Virus record (IMG/VR): IMGVR_UViG_2541047714_000007
Direction: 5' to 3' (one strand)
Source: a virus
Taxonomy: Duplodnaviria; Heunggongvirae; Uroviricota; Caudoviricetes
Length of the DNA stretch: 35,964 nt
Shown: one piece after another, positions 1-9,006 of the stretch
Position numbering within the stretch: the stretch's first letter is position 1
Layout: every line of letters starts with the position of its first letter
Notes under the pieces: model-generated
What the model saw: the letters and a program-made list of their open reading frames with translations, nothing else
Databases searched by the model: none
What the model was told of the DNA's origin: nothing
Position numbers and translations under genes: made by a program

Positions 1-279
1 TGGTGTGGCGGCCAGCGTTTCAGAGGTGCTGTTGGTGGCACTGCTCAGTTGGGTGAACCCCTTAGCTGTCAGTGTCGCGTCCGGGTGGTTACGGGAACGT
101 ACGTGTTCAGCCAGTGACTGTGCGGCTTCCTCCGTTTTTTTCTTCAGCCATTTCGTCCTGTTTGCCAGTTGCCGGGGGGCTCGATTTGATATCCCGTCAG
201 CACCACCCAGAACCGGATCTGATGTCTCCAGTTGATAGATATTTTCTTCCCACTTTTCTGTTTCATTCAGGTTTCCCAT
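1..279 (-). CDS. Tail fibre protein, N-terminal fragment (gene continues beyond window start)
   Basis: Minus-strand ATG at 279 with GGGAG 9 nt upstream, 3 nt after the stop of the upstream gene. Translation MGNLNETEKWEEN...GFTQLSSATNSTSETLAATP carries the QLSSATNSTSETLAATP motif I recall from lambdoid/Mu-type tail fibre N-termini. Not in the ORF track because it is truncated by the window edge. Confidence 0.6.
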   Translation of the reverse strand, partial: MGNLNETEKWEENIYQLETSDPVLGGADGISNRAPRQLANRTKWLKKKTEEAAQSLAEHVRSRNHPDATLTAKGFTQLSSATNSTSETLAATP

Positions 280-281
280 AA

Positions 282-860
282 TCAACTGCTCCCGTGGTTA
301 TAACTGCCATCATGGATGGCGGTATTGTTATAGCGAATGGCCACAGACTGATACTCCAGGCTGGCCAGATGGCAGCGGGCCGGTGCAAATGCAGCGAGCG
401 TCTGACGCAGCATCGCGGCCTGATCGTTAGTAATGGGCTGTTTCAGAATAACGCGATAAACCGCCCAGGCGGCTGCATCTCCATGAACAAACAGTCCGTT
501 ATAGCTGCGATTGCCGTCGTAACTGAGACGACCTGTGCCTTCAATCAGATCCACTTCACCAAAGCCAAAACGGCGGATAACTTCCCGGATTGACCACGGC
601 GTCCCTTTATACCGGTGTAGTTCGATGGCTGCTTTTATAAGCATGCGGCGAACATCGTCCGATTCCGCCAGCTCCCAGCCATCGCCAGACAGTGAGAACT
701 GCTCGCCCAGCCATGGCAGCGCAGAACTGTCGACGATATCGACGAGAAAGACCATCAGTACGCTCAGGTCGATGTTATCCAGCCGTCCTGTCAGTCTTCC
801 CAGCGTCCTGAGACTGATATCACCCTCAAGCGGTGGCGGGAGTTGTAATGGCTCAGTCAT
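282..860 (-). CDS. Baseplate/tail protein, P2 gpI-like
   Basis: 192-aa ORF directly downstream of the J-like gene with an 8-nt overlap; position and size match the P2 I / Mu gp48 class. Assignment is by synteny and general sequence character. Confidence 0.7.
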   Translation of the reverse strand: MTEPLQLPPPLEGDISLRTLGRLTGRLDNIDLSVLMVFLVDIVDSSALPWLGEQFSLSGDGWELAESDDVRRMLIKAAIELHRYKGTPWSIREVIRRFGFGEVDLIEGTGRLSYDGNRSYNGLFVHGDAAAWAVYRVILKQPITNDQAAMLRQTLAAFAPARCHLASLEYQSVAIRYNNTAIHDGSYNHGSS

Positions 861-1956
861 CAGACACTCCAGTCATGTTAAGTGTGATCGCCGTACAGTT
901 TGCCCATTCGTTTTCTGCCACCACCCTCAGTGCCGGTGTCACCAGTTCAACCTGGTACACCCCGGAAACGGACAATGCACTGATAATCTGGCTGGGGACA
1001 ATATCGCGCCCCAGCGTGGCGGCACGTGATGCCACCCAGTTCTGGATGGCACTGTTGGCGGCATCTTTTACAGACCCGGCATCCTGATCACGATAGATCG
1101 TAATCCTGGCTTCAATGGTGTAATCCACCTTCACTGGTGTTTTAGCCCGCACTGTATCAGTGAGTGGCCTGACTTTCTCATCAGAGCAGAAACTCTCTAC
1201 CAGCGTGAGAACACCGCCGTCCGGCAGACCGGTACTGAGCAGCGGATACAGATCTACGGTCCCGGGAACCGGGGAAAGCACAGCAACATCGACAATGTTG
1301 GGATGGGCCTGCATGGCATGAAAGCGGTATGCGCCACGGCTTCCGGCATTGGTGAATGACTCCGGGGCCAGCCTGATACGCTCCCGGAGCCTGTCATCGT
1401 CTTCCTGTTCTGAACCGCCGGAACTGGCCGTCAGATTGCTCACCAGCAGGTCGACGTTATCAATCTCATCGAGTAACTGACTGACCTGCGCAGGTTGCCA
1501 GCCGTTACCAGCGGTACCGGGTTCGGTACAGGTGGCCGTGACATTGACCAGCAGCAATCCGGCCTTCAGTACCACATCTGTATCGGTGGCAAAAATAACG
1601 CTGTCGGAAGCGCTGACGCGGGTGCCTGCCGGGATCAGCACATCAATGGCCAGTGCCTCATCTACGGAGAACTGGAGCGTGGTGGTGGCAGGCTGCGCGG
1701 CAAGACGGTATACACCGACCAGTTCACCGAGGTAATCAATCATCGGCTCACGGGCAAAGGCGACAAGATTCTGCTTTGCTGCCTCCTGTACCGCAACCCT
1801 GACCAGCATTTCGCGATAGGCCCACAGATCAATCAGCAGACGTTCTGCCTGTGCCGGGTACAGCGTTTTGCCGGTATCCGCTTCATACTTCGCAATCATT
1901 TCTGCCGTGATTTTGTCGGCATCGCGTTCAATAAAATCGGGTTCTGTCAGCGCCAT
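853..1956 (-). CDS. Baseplate J-like protein
   Basis: 367-aa ORF between the W-like and I-like genes, typical size and position for baseplate J (Mu gp47 class); overlapping stop/start with neighbours. Confidence 0.8.
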   Translation of the reverse strand: MALTEPDFIERDADKITAEMIAKYEADTGKTLYPAQAERLLIDLWAYREMLVRVAVQEAAKQNLVAFAREPMIDYLGELVGVYRLAAQPATTTLQFSVDEALAIDVLIPAGTRVSASDSVIFATDTDVVLKAGLLLVNVTATCTEPGTAGNGWQPAQVSQLLDEIDNVDLLVSNLTASSGGSEQEDDDRLRERIRLAPESFTNAGSRGAYRFHAMQAHPNIVDVAVLSPVPGTVDLYPLLSTGLPDGGVLTLVESFCSDEKVRPLTDTVRAKTPVKVDYTIEARITIYRDQDAGSVKDAANSAIQNWVASRAATLGRDIVPSQIISALSVSGVYQVELVTPALRVVAENEWANCTAITLNMTGVSDD

Positions 1957-2294
1957 AGCAGCTCCTGAGTCCGGGTCTGTCCGTCTGAGCCTTTCCAGCT
2001 CACCCGGAGCGTAAGATGTTCGCCGTCGACGGCGGGTTTAACTGACATAAGCTGGCAGCGGGGCTCCCAGCGCCGGATGGCATCGACGGATTCGCGCACC
2101 ACATGCGGAATGGCCCGGTCTACAGGCCAGTCGATATAAAGATGCAGATTGCTGCCGAACTCCGGGCGATGCGGGTCGCTGCCGCGGGGAGTCCGCAGGA
2201 TAATTTGAATCGCCTGCCGGATATCATCCAGCCCCCGGACAATTTCGCCGGGAGCCTGCAGGGCTGGTTGCCAGAATACTGAGGTCGTTTTCAT
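1947..2294 (-). CDS. Baseplate wedge protein, GPW/gp25-like
   Basis: 115-aa ORF, size and position between V and J typical of the gene-25-like baseplate family. Confidence 0.75.
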   Translation of the reverse strand: MKTTSVFWQPALQAPGEIVRGLDDIRQAIQIILRTPRGSDPHRPEFGSNLHLYIDWPVDRAIPHVVRESVDAIRRWEPRCQLMSVKPAVDGEHLTLRVSWKGSDGQTRTQELLWR

Positions 2295-2348
2295 GGGGGC
2301 AGTATTGCCCCCGTGCGGGAACGCTGATATTAAAGGCGTTTAAAAAGC

Positions 2349-2945
2349 TCAGTGGGAGTGGTGGCTGGAGTTTTCGCCATCAGACAACATACTGCCCGTG
2401 GCATGGGCATTCCCTTTAATCTCGATATTGCCATGGATGGTCGCGGTAACACCTTCACCACCAGAACCCGCCATGCCTCCTTCGTAAATCAGCTTACCCC
2501 TGACACGCAGATCTCCGGTAAGTTCGGTTTCCGGTGCGTCAATCGTGGCTTTCTGTGTTTTCAATACCACATCAGCACCACACTCAATGACAATATGCTC
2601 AATGCCGCCCCGGATGATCAGAGTGTGCGTCTTCCGGTTATAGCTGTATTCTGCACCATCAGCAAACCGGGTTCCCCGGATATTTTTGTCACTGAACGGT
2701 GGTTTATCGACGTCTGAATACACCGCGCCCAGAATAACACCATCCTCGCCGTTGGCATCGAGCAGTACCTCAACCTGCTCCCCCACGTCAGGGAGCCAGT
2801 AATCTTTGTTATCCTGGGTATTGCGCTGCAGCACGTTAAGCCAGTTTGTGCGCAGGTTATCGCATTCAGGCAGACGAACGCGGGCCTGAACCCTGTCGGC
2901 ATCAACGGCACTGACCGTACCGACCTGACGAGTGACACCAGTCAT
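2349..2945 (-). CDS. Baseplate spike/assembly protein V-like
   Basis: 198-aa ORF immediately after the gpD-like gene; Gly-rich C-terminal tail consistent with gpV-type spike proteins. Confidence 0.75.
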   Translation of the reverse strand: MTGVTRQVGTVSAVDADRVQARVRLPECDNLRTNWLNVLQRNTQDNKDYWLPDVGEQVEVLLDANGEDGVILGAVYSDVDKPPFSDKNIRGTRFADGAEYSYNRKTHTLIIRGGIEHIVIECGADVVLKTQKATIDAPETELTGDLRVRGKLIYEGGMAGSGGEGVTATIHGNIEIKGNAHATGSMLSDGENSSHHSH

Positions 2946-4096
2946 TTTTTCTTCTCCTTAATCACCGTCGATGTACTGCCATCCGGGTGATAAACCGTGA
3001 GTTTCTGAGTTTTTTGTTTTTTACCTCTTGTGACTGGCCCCCGTGCCACTTCCAGCTCTGTGGTGTAGCCGCTGTTACGGTCAAACGCATGACGGGCAGT
3101 GGTTATGAGCCATGCCCCGGATAACTGCCCAAAACCCACCAGTTCAATTTTGTTGCCTGCTGTCAGTTGAGGTGTTCCCGTCAGCGTCAGGGAGCCGTTC
3201 TGCTGGTATTCGTTATGTCTGGCCAGTGCTGAATCCGCTTTAATCCGGGCACTGTCCGGGTCGCTGACGCGGCTGTTAACTTTAAGTGAGTCAGCACTGG
3301 TAACCTTACCACCTTTGAGCTTTTTGTCGCTTTCACGGGTACCACCATCAGCTTCGTAGACGATCAGTTTTTTACTGCTGCTTTTCTGGTGTTTTACCTT
3401 TGCAGATTTATAGACCCGGTTGATGGTGTCACGCAGGGAAAAGCGGGCCACATCCTGCGGTTTTAACTGCCTGACCGGCTCCTGACTGCGCAATGTGGCC
3501 AGATGAGAAAAAATCAGCTGGTCACTGACCACTTTCACTGCATAACCATACTCGCTGGCCAGCCGGCGCAGAAAACCCACGTCGGTTTCAGCATACTGGG
3601 TCACCCGGTCGATTCTGATGGACTCAATGCTGCCCACCAGTTTCAGCCGGTGCTTTCGGGCAATCCTTCCCGCGATGGCCGCCAGCGTGGTGTTCTCGAA
3701 ACCACGACTGGTTTTAGTCCGCAGGGCACTGTTAACCGAGGTGGCCACGCCACGGATAGAAACAACGGAAGCGGGCGAACTCACCTCGATCTCGTCTATA
3801 GAAAACGTACCGCAGGACAGCAGTTTCTCGCCCTGATAGCCCATTTTCAGCGTCAGCGTGTCACCTTTGCCCGGATACCACTTATCCAGCCAGCGGCCAT
3901 CGGTGTCGTCCAGCTCCACCTCAACAGTATCGGACTCATTTTTGATGTTATCGCTCCAGGTCACACGGGTGACATAAGGCGCGATATCAGAGGTGATGTT
4001 TTTCTGCAGATACCACAGAGTGAACACCGGTGTCAGCACATCGCTGACGCCGGTTAACGCTGATGTGACTTGCGCAGTGCTGTTTATCTCAGCCAT
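2942..4096 (-). CDS. Baseplate hub, P2 gpD-like (late control D family)
   Basis: 384-aa ORF following the X-like and U-like genes, matching the conserved U-X-D order of contractile tails; basic Lys-rich C-terminus. Confidence 0.75.
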   Translation of the reverse strand: MAEINSTAQVTSALTGVSDVLTPVFTLWYLQKNITSDIAPYVTRVTWSDNIKNESDTVEVELDDTDGRWLDKWYPGKGDTLTLKMGYQGEKLLSCGTFSIDEIEVSSPASVVSIRGVATSVNSALRTKTSRGFENTTLAAIAGRIARKHRLKLVGSIESIRIDRVTQYAETDVGFLRRLASEYGYAVKVVSDQLIFSHLATLRSQEPVRQLKPQDVARFSLRDTINRVYKSAKVKHQKSSSKKLIVYEADGGTRESDKKLKGGKVTSADSLKVNSRVSDPDSARIKADSALARHNEYQQNGSLTLTGTPQLTAGNKIELVGFGQLSGAWLITTARHAFDRNSGYTTELEVARGPVTRGKKQKTQKLTVYHPDGSTSTVIKEKKK

Positions 4097-4299
4097 GGGG
4101 CAATATCCTCTTCTGTACGGGCTTCTTCAGCCTCAATCACCGGGATCAGTAACAACAGCCCGGAGGGCAGCACCGGCGTGATGGCCACGTGCGGATTGGC
4201 GGCAATAATCCGGGGATAGCCCAGCGGGTCACCGTAGTACTGCCATGCCAGCGAATCCCAGCGCTCTCCGTCACGGGTAACATGTTCAAGAAACATCAC
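4084..4299 (-). CDS. Tail protein X-like
   Basis: 71-aa ORF between the U-like and D-like genes with overlapping stop/start on both sides. Confidence 0.65.
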   Translation of the reverse strand: MMFLEHVTRDGERWDSLAWQYYGDPLGYPRIIAANPHVAITPVLPSGLLLLIPVIEAEEARTEEDIAPWLR

Positions 4300-5180
4300 A
4301 CACTCCTCGTCAGTATTCTGGCGGCCATTGCACTTAATCCCGGAGACATGCGGTTGAATGCTGTGCCGGCGGCGTTAAGCTGCCCGGAAACGGTATCCAG
4401 AGCACCTGCAATATTTCTTTTGTCCACACCACTCAGCGCAGACTGTGCCTGCTGTACATACGTGGCTGCTTCGCTGGCTGTTCTGGCCAGACTGATGGCA
4501 TCGGGCATGGATTCAGAGAGTGCGTTAAACGCCGGAACACTTTTCCCCAGAGCCCCGGAGATATTACCCAGTCCGCTCATCAGCCCCGGCACACGGGTCA
4601 GTGCGACAACGGGGTTATCCTTCATTTTCTGTGTCACCCGAACGGCGCTGATAGTGGTCTGGAGTACAGACTGCGCCTGTTTCGCATAGTTGACGCCGTT
4701 GCGGATGAACTGCGCCACCCCTGAAGGTGAAGGAATGGCACCGGAGACCGCCCCGACACCCGGGAGCTTCGTGCGTATTGCCGGTGGTTGCAGAGGATTT
4801 TTCGGGTCACCGGTGTATTCCCGGAGAGACACGGTGGCACTGACAGCCAGCACGTTGCCGGTACTGTCAGTCTGCTCGCTGGTTGCAGTCACATCGGTAA
4901 TCACGAACCAGCCGCGATAGTCACCGTTGCCGAAGACCAGCGCCAGTGCCTGATGGGCTTTCATGGCTGTTCGCAGTCTCGCCAGCTCCACATCGGGTAC
5001 ACAATAATGCTGATGGAAAACCAGAGTTATCTGGATTTCGTCCAGCCTGTCGCCGACGAACTGCAGGCCAGGCTTACCCCCGATGCGGGCATGCTCCGCA
5101 TAATCGACGCCGAACGTGGCCTCGAAGCCGTCCCAGTAGGTAATCAGCTCAAACTCAATATCACCCAGTACGGCAAACAT
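4296..5180 (-). CDS. Tail protein, P2 gpU-like N-terminal domain with C-terminal extension
   Basis: 294 aa; N-terminus MFAVLGDIEFELI...GKPGLQFVGDRLDEIQITLVF resembles my recollection of the gpU / Mu N N-terminal domain. Start overlaps the tape-measure stop. Confidence 0.55.
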   Translation of the reverse strand: MFAVLGDIEFELITYWDGFEATFGVDYAEHARIGGKPGLQFVGDRLDEIQITLVFHQHYCVPDVELARLRTAMKAHQALALVFGNGDYRGWFVITDVTATSEQTDSTGNVLAVSATVSLREYTGDPKNPLQPPAIRTKLPGVGAVSGAIPSPSGVAQFIRNGVNYAKQAQSVLQTTISAVRVTQKMKDNPVVALTRVPGLMSGLGNISGALGKSVPAFNALSESMPDAISLARTASEAATYVQQAQSALSGVDKRNIAGALDTVSGQLNAAGTAFNRMSPGLSAMAARILTRSV

Positions 5181-8131
5181 CAGCGGTACTCCTTACGTTG
5201 TTTCTGAGCCAGCAGACGCTCCAGCATTTTTTCCAGCTCATGCAGGCTCATATTCAGGGCGCCAGTCAGTCCGGCAGGCGCTGTGGTTTCCCTGCCATTG
5301 AGGAAAAACTGAGGATTAAAGCTGACCTGGATACCACCAGACGTTCCACCGCCGGTTGCAGCTGCACCACGGCCTGAATATCCGGCAGCCATGATTTCAG
5401 GCGAGGGGATACGGGGAACATCCGGTGTCATCTCATTTGCCAGACGTTGCCCTGGTAAAATCGATGCCCGGGTGGAGAGCGGGATAGCGGGCATGGAAGA
5501 CAAACTATTGATTACGGCTCCGATCGCATTTTTAGCAGACGACATAAACCCGTTGATATCGGGCAACGGCATACTGAAGCGAACACCTGAAGTGTTATCC
5601 CGTATTTCTGGCCCCTGAATGCTCACGGGCATTCTGGGGAGCAGTTCACTGGCCATTCGCTGCCCGGCCAGAGCTGCAAGCGGAGTGGTCCGCTGCAGGC
5701 CAATGGCGGCCCCCTGCGCGATATTGTCACCAAAGCCCATAAACACGCGGCTCGGCGAATGAATGCCCAGCTTTTCGCTGAACCAGCCACTGATGCTGTC
5801 ACCCATTCCGGTTACACTGGATTTGAGCGACTCCCATTTGTTTTTGATACCGTTAATCAGACCATCGACAAGATGGCCACCGAAGTCGGTAAACTTTGCC
5901 GGCAGATCAACACCAAGATATTTCAGCGCAGCTGCAAAGGCTTTACAGAGCAGACCTGCCGGCGACCAGTTAATCAGCAGCTTACCAGTTCCCGCGATAC
6001 CGCCGTTAAAGGCTTCCTGAATGTCAGCCCAGCGTTGTTCAAACCAGCTACTGATGCTGTCACCCATTCCGGTTACACTGGATTTGAGCGACCCCCATTT
6101 GTTTTTGATACCGTTAATCAGACCGTCGACAAGATGGCCACCGAAGCCGGTGAACTTTGCCGGCAGAGCAACGCCGAAATATTTCAGCGCAGCCGCAAAG
6201 GCTTTATAGAGCAGGCCTGCCGGCGACCAGTTAATCAGCAACTTACCAATTCCCACAATGCCGCCGTTAAAGGCTTCCTGAATGTCAGCCCAGCGCTGTT
6301 TAAACCAGCCACTGACTGCCCCCCAGTTGCGGTAGATAAGGTAAGCTGCTGCCGCGACAGCGGTGATAACGAGACCGATGGGATTCATCATCAGCGCACG
6401 TCCAATCCAGAGAACAGCACGTCCGGCGAGCATAATTCCGCGAACCAGTCCCCCGGAGAGCACGCCACTCAGTGTTCTGGCTCCTCTGGCGACGGCGCTA
6501 AATCCGGTCACCAGCCAGCGGAGCTTACCGCCTTGCCCCAGTGCGAGCGACAGACGAAGCCAGTTGGCCCGAAGTAAAACAGCATTTTTCCAGACACTTA
6601 CAAAGGGGGAAATAAGGAGATTCAGCCCCAGTTTGAGACCAACAGTCGCTATCTTAATCGCAAGGAGCGCACTGATGAGCTTAAAAGCCCCACTGACAAA
6701 TTGCGGGTGAGTCGCTACCCAGTGTTTTGTCCCCTGAATGAGTGGGAGCAGTTCCTGAGTCAGAGAAATAAAAGATGGAGCTAATTGATCGCCCAGCGTA
6801 ATTGCCAGATCGCGACTGCTGACCATAAGTGCTTTAGTGGCTTCAAGGGGAGATTTCAGCCGCTGATCATAAGCACTGGCAAGCAAATCGTTATCCGCAG
6901 CCCTGAGAGCACCGGCGCGGATCTCGCGATATCTGTCCATGTTGGCCAGCATCGGGCGGATAAATGCCATGACCTGCATATCCGCGAACATATCACCCAG
7001 ACCAAAGTTTTTCGCCAGAGCCTGAAGTGCCTCATCTCTTGCCGTATCATTCTTTATTTTCATGGCGGATTTGAAGCCGGCCAGCGCTTCGGGGCTTTTG
7101 GCATTGAGGTAACGTTCTATAACACTCAACATCCCTTCAATCGGAGAGATCCCCGCAGCCTTATAACTCGCAATAGATCCCTGCAAATCAATACCCAGAT
7201 CAGCAAACTGTTTCTGAGTATCGCGGGCAAAAATTTTGGTAAGAAAGTTTTTAAAATTATTGGCTGCCTCGTCGGTGGAACCTGCACCGATTTTTGCTAT
7301 CTGGAGACTGGCCCCGATTTCAGCAACAGCCTCTTTTCCACTGGCAATACCCGCCATCATTGGGGCCAGGGACTGCATCCACTTGACCTGATCCGGGATT
7401 TCAAATGACCCCTGGTCACCGGCATAAGCCATAATATTCTGAACGGCACCAAAATCTCTGGCCGCACCTTTCAGGGAGTTTTGCCAGACTGCGGCCACTT
7501 TTGCCCAGTCCTGAGATGACGTGCGTGTTGCCGTTGCCGCGCGGGCAATATCCGGCATCAGAAAACCGATATCTGACAAGTTATCAATATTGTCGCTGAT
7601 GAGCGAACCCACCGCCTCCTGCAGCTCATCCTGATACTGATTGTATTTAAGCGCCCAGCCTTTTATCTGTCCGGCAAGTGCATCCCGCGTTTTATTGTCA
7701 TATTTTGCGGTGATCGACATATCAATCATTTTGTCCTGAAAAGACATGGACTGCTGAACGGCAGGGGAAACGGTATGATAAACAGTCTGTGCCATGCCAT
7801 ACGCTTCAATCCCCTGACCATACAGCGCCATGCGGTTAGCTTTCAGCGCATCACTGGTAGCGGATGCCGCTGACAGACGGCGCTGCTGGCGCTCAATTTG
7901 CTCCATGGTGCGGCTTACCCGCAGCAGCTCGCTGTTGAGATGCTGCATCCGGGAAGAACCCAGTTGACCATAACGTTCTGTTGCACGGGTTAAAGCGTTC
8001 TGACGTTCCTGCAGGCGGCGTGAGGTATCGCTCAGGGAATCAAGCGCACGGCGGGTACCGCTCATTGCAGAACGGAATGTGCTGCCAATCATCCCGCCGA
8101 TAACAACGCCGACTGAAAACTGTCCCGACAT
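5180..8131 (-). CDS. Tail tape measure protein
   Basis: 983-aa ORF, longest in the window, Ala/Gly/Ser-rich with predicted helical N-terminal part, located between tail chaperone and baseplate genes. GGAGG 8 nt upstream of the ATG at 8131. Contains a two-copy 87-aa tandem repeat. Confidence 0.9.
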   Translation of the reverse strand: MSGQFSVGVVIGGMIGSTFRSAMSGTRRALDSLSDTSRRLQERQNALTRATERYGQLGSSRMQHLNSELLRVSRTMEQIERQQRRLSAASATSDALKANRMALYGQGIEAYGMAQTVYHTVSPAVQQSMSFQDKMIDMSITAKYDNKTRDALAGQIKGWALKYNQYQDELQEAVGSLISDNIDNLSDIGFLMPDIARAATATRTSSQDWAKVAAVWQNSLKGAARDFGAVQNIMAYAGDQGSFEIPDQVKWMQSLAPMMAGIASGKEAVAEIGASLQIAKIGAGSTDEAANNFKNFLTKIFARDTQKQFADLGIDLQGSIASYKAAGISPIEGMLSVIERYLNAKSPEALAGFKSAMKIKNDTARDEALQALAKNFGLGDMFADMQVMAFIRPMLANMDRYREIRAGALRAADNDLLASAYDQRLKSPLEATKALMVSSRDLAITLGDQLAPSFISLTQELLPLIQGTKHWVATHPQFVSGAFKLISALLAIKIATVGLKLGLNLLISPFVSVWKNAVLLRANWLRLSLALGQGGKLRWLVTGFSAVARGARTLSGVLSGGLVRGIMLAGRAVLWIGRALMMNPIGLVITAVAAAAYLIYRNWGAVSGWFKQRWADIQEAFNGGIVGIGKLLINWSPAGLLYKAFAAALKYFGVALPAKFTGFGGHLVDGLINGIKNKWGSLKSSVTGMGDSISSWFEQRWADIQEAFNGGIAGTGKLLINWSPAGLLCKAFAAALKYLGVDLPAKFTDFGGHLVDGLINGIKNKWESLKSSVTGMGDSISGWFSEKLGIHSPSRVFMGFGDNIAQGAAIGLQRTTPLAALAGQRMASELLPRMPVSIQGPEIRDNTSGVRFSMPLPDINGFMSSAKNAIGAVINSLSSMPAIPLSTRASILPGQRLANEMTPDVPRIPSPEIMAAGYSGRGAAATGGGTSGGIQVSFNPQFFLNGRETTAPAGLTGALNMSLHELEKMLERLLAQKQRKEYR
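5768..6315. repeat. Tandem in-frame duplication (2 x 261 bp plus a short partial third unit) inside the tape measure gene
   Basis: Protein copies GWFKQRWADIQEAFNGGIVGIGKLLINWSPAGLLYKAF... and SWFEQRWADIQEAFNGGIAGTGKLLINWSPAGLLCKAF... are near-identical. On DNA, the unit starting near 5768 repeats at 6029 (period 261 bp). The plus-strand shadow ORFs 5763..6020 and 6021..6209 also have near-identical translations. Confidence 0.9.
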
Positions 8132-8206
8132 AGTGGTTAACCTCCGGGGAAGGTGAAAAGACGTGAGGGGATAACGCAGAACAGCCGCTACTGGCGGCTG
8201 TCTGTA

Positions 8207-8464
8207 CTATGATTTGTCGCCGTACTCGCTTTTGATTTGCTCTTCAGCCTGCTCCAGCCACATCTCCAGATCGTCAGTATCGAGGGCATCAATCTCCCCC
8301 GGCTGAAACCGGAACCATCTCGCCAGCAGCCCCTGCGCCTGCGTCAGCGCCCTGGTTGCTCTCACCCATCCCCGTGATGAGCTGAAATCGTTTCTGTAAC
8401 TGCAGGTAATCAGCCAGATCCATATTGTCGAGATCTTCCGGGAGAAGACCAGTACTGCGGGCAA
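8207..8464 (-). CDS. Putative frameshift extension of the tail assembly chaperone (E'-like)
   Basis: Open frame overlapping the 3' part of the chaperone gene and ending 76 bp before the tape-measure start. It has no ATG (nominal TTG start). It lies in the +1 frame relative to the chaperone (codon first bases at 8464-3k versus 8624-3k). Confidence 0.4.
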   Translation of the reverse strand: MPAVLVFSRKISTIWIWLITCSYRNDFSSSRGWVRATRALTQAQGLLARWFRFQPGEIDALDTDDLEMWLEQAEEQIKSEYGDKS

Positions 8465-8624
8465 TCAGCGGTTCGTCCCAGTCTGCCGGGTTTTTGCTGA
8501 TTTTGCGCACCTGCTTCAGGTCTTTTACCGTCAGGCGTTTCAATTCAACCTGCTCAATTCTGGTGCCGGCAGCAGTGGTGAAGGGATAAGACAATTTAAA
8601 AGTATCGGACTGGGTCTGTGACAT
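8289..8624 (-). CDS. Tail assembly chaperone (gpE/G-like)
   Basis: 111-aa acidic ORF between the tube and tape measure genes; AGGAG 7 nt upstream of the ATG at 8624; overlapped by a second ORF in another frame, as expected for tail chaperones. Confidence 0.65.
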   Translation of the reverse strand: MSQTQSDTFKLSYPFTTAAGTRIEQVELKRLTVKDLKQVRKISKNPADWDEPLIARSTGLLPEDLDNMDLADYLQLQKRFQLITGMGESNQGADAGAGAAGEMVPVSAGGD

Positions 8625-8700
8625 GATCGTGCTCCTGTGTAAGTTCAGGGCAGTATGTCGGGAGTAGCGCGTGACGGATATTAAAGGAGATTAAGAAGAA

Positions 8701-8716
8701 AGGGGCCGGAGCCCCT
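8701..8716 (-). terminator. Putative intrinsic terminator/attenuator between the tube region and the tail chaperone
   Basis: On the minus strand, hairpin AGGGGC-tccg-GCCCCT is followed by TTCTTCTTAATCTCCTTTAATAT. Confidence 0.35.
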
Positions 8717-8722
8717 GTGATG

Positions 8723-9004
8723 TCAGCGAGTGCGAAAACCCTTGCAGTTACGCAGAAAGGCAATGAGAAGCGCTTTTCCCTCAGATTTGCCGATGCCGGA
8801 GAACCAGTGGTCGGGAGGCTCCCATGCCTCAATCAAATCCGCCAGTTTGCGGACCTTTGAACGTGTGCAGTCAATCGGGTCATTGGTTTTACGGGTATTA
8901 AAAAGGTTTTCCACCCCCGGAATATCAAGGAGGGTAAACCACGTACCATTTGACATGCCCAGTGCTGCACATCGACCTCCTTTATCAGTCAGTTCAACAC
9001 TCAC
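8723..9004 (-). CDS. Hypothetical small protein downstream of the tail tube gene
   Basis: 93-aa ORF starting at GTG 3 nt after the tube stop; no convincing RBS, so coding status is uncertain. Confidence 0.3.
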   Translation of the reverse strand: MSVELTDKGGRCAALGMSNGTWFTLLDIPGVENLFNTRKTNDPIDCTRSKVRKLADLIEAWEPPDHWFSGIGKSEGKALLIAFLRNCKGFRTR

Positions 9005-9006
9005 TG

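Noticed and set aside
1-281. Plus-strand ORFs 5..235 and 72..281 at the window start
   Set aside because: The minus strand here encodes a well-supported tail fibre N-terminus with an RBS, coupled to the upstream baseplate gene; the plus-strand ORFs are shadow frames.
5759-6577. Long plus-strand ORFs (5759..6577, 5763..6020, 6021..6209) with repeated translations, and the possibility of a CRISPR-like array
   Set aside because: They are antisense shadow ORFs of the tape measure gene. The repetition reflects the in-frame 261-bp coding duplication; there are no short repeats interleaved with unique spacers.
8289-8464. Canonical -1 programmed frameshift between the tail chaperone ORFs
   Set aside because: Frame arithmetic places the downstream ORF at +1 relative to the chaperone, so a simple -1 slip cannot join them; reported as a +1/-2 candidate instead.
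8596-8832. 78-aa minus-strand ORF between the tube and chaperone genes
   Set aside because: Spans the terminator-like hairpin and the chaperone RBS in a different frame; Ser/Pro/Cys-rich low-complexity translation; most likely spurious.
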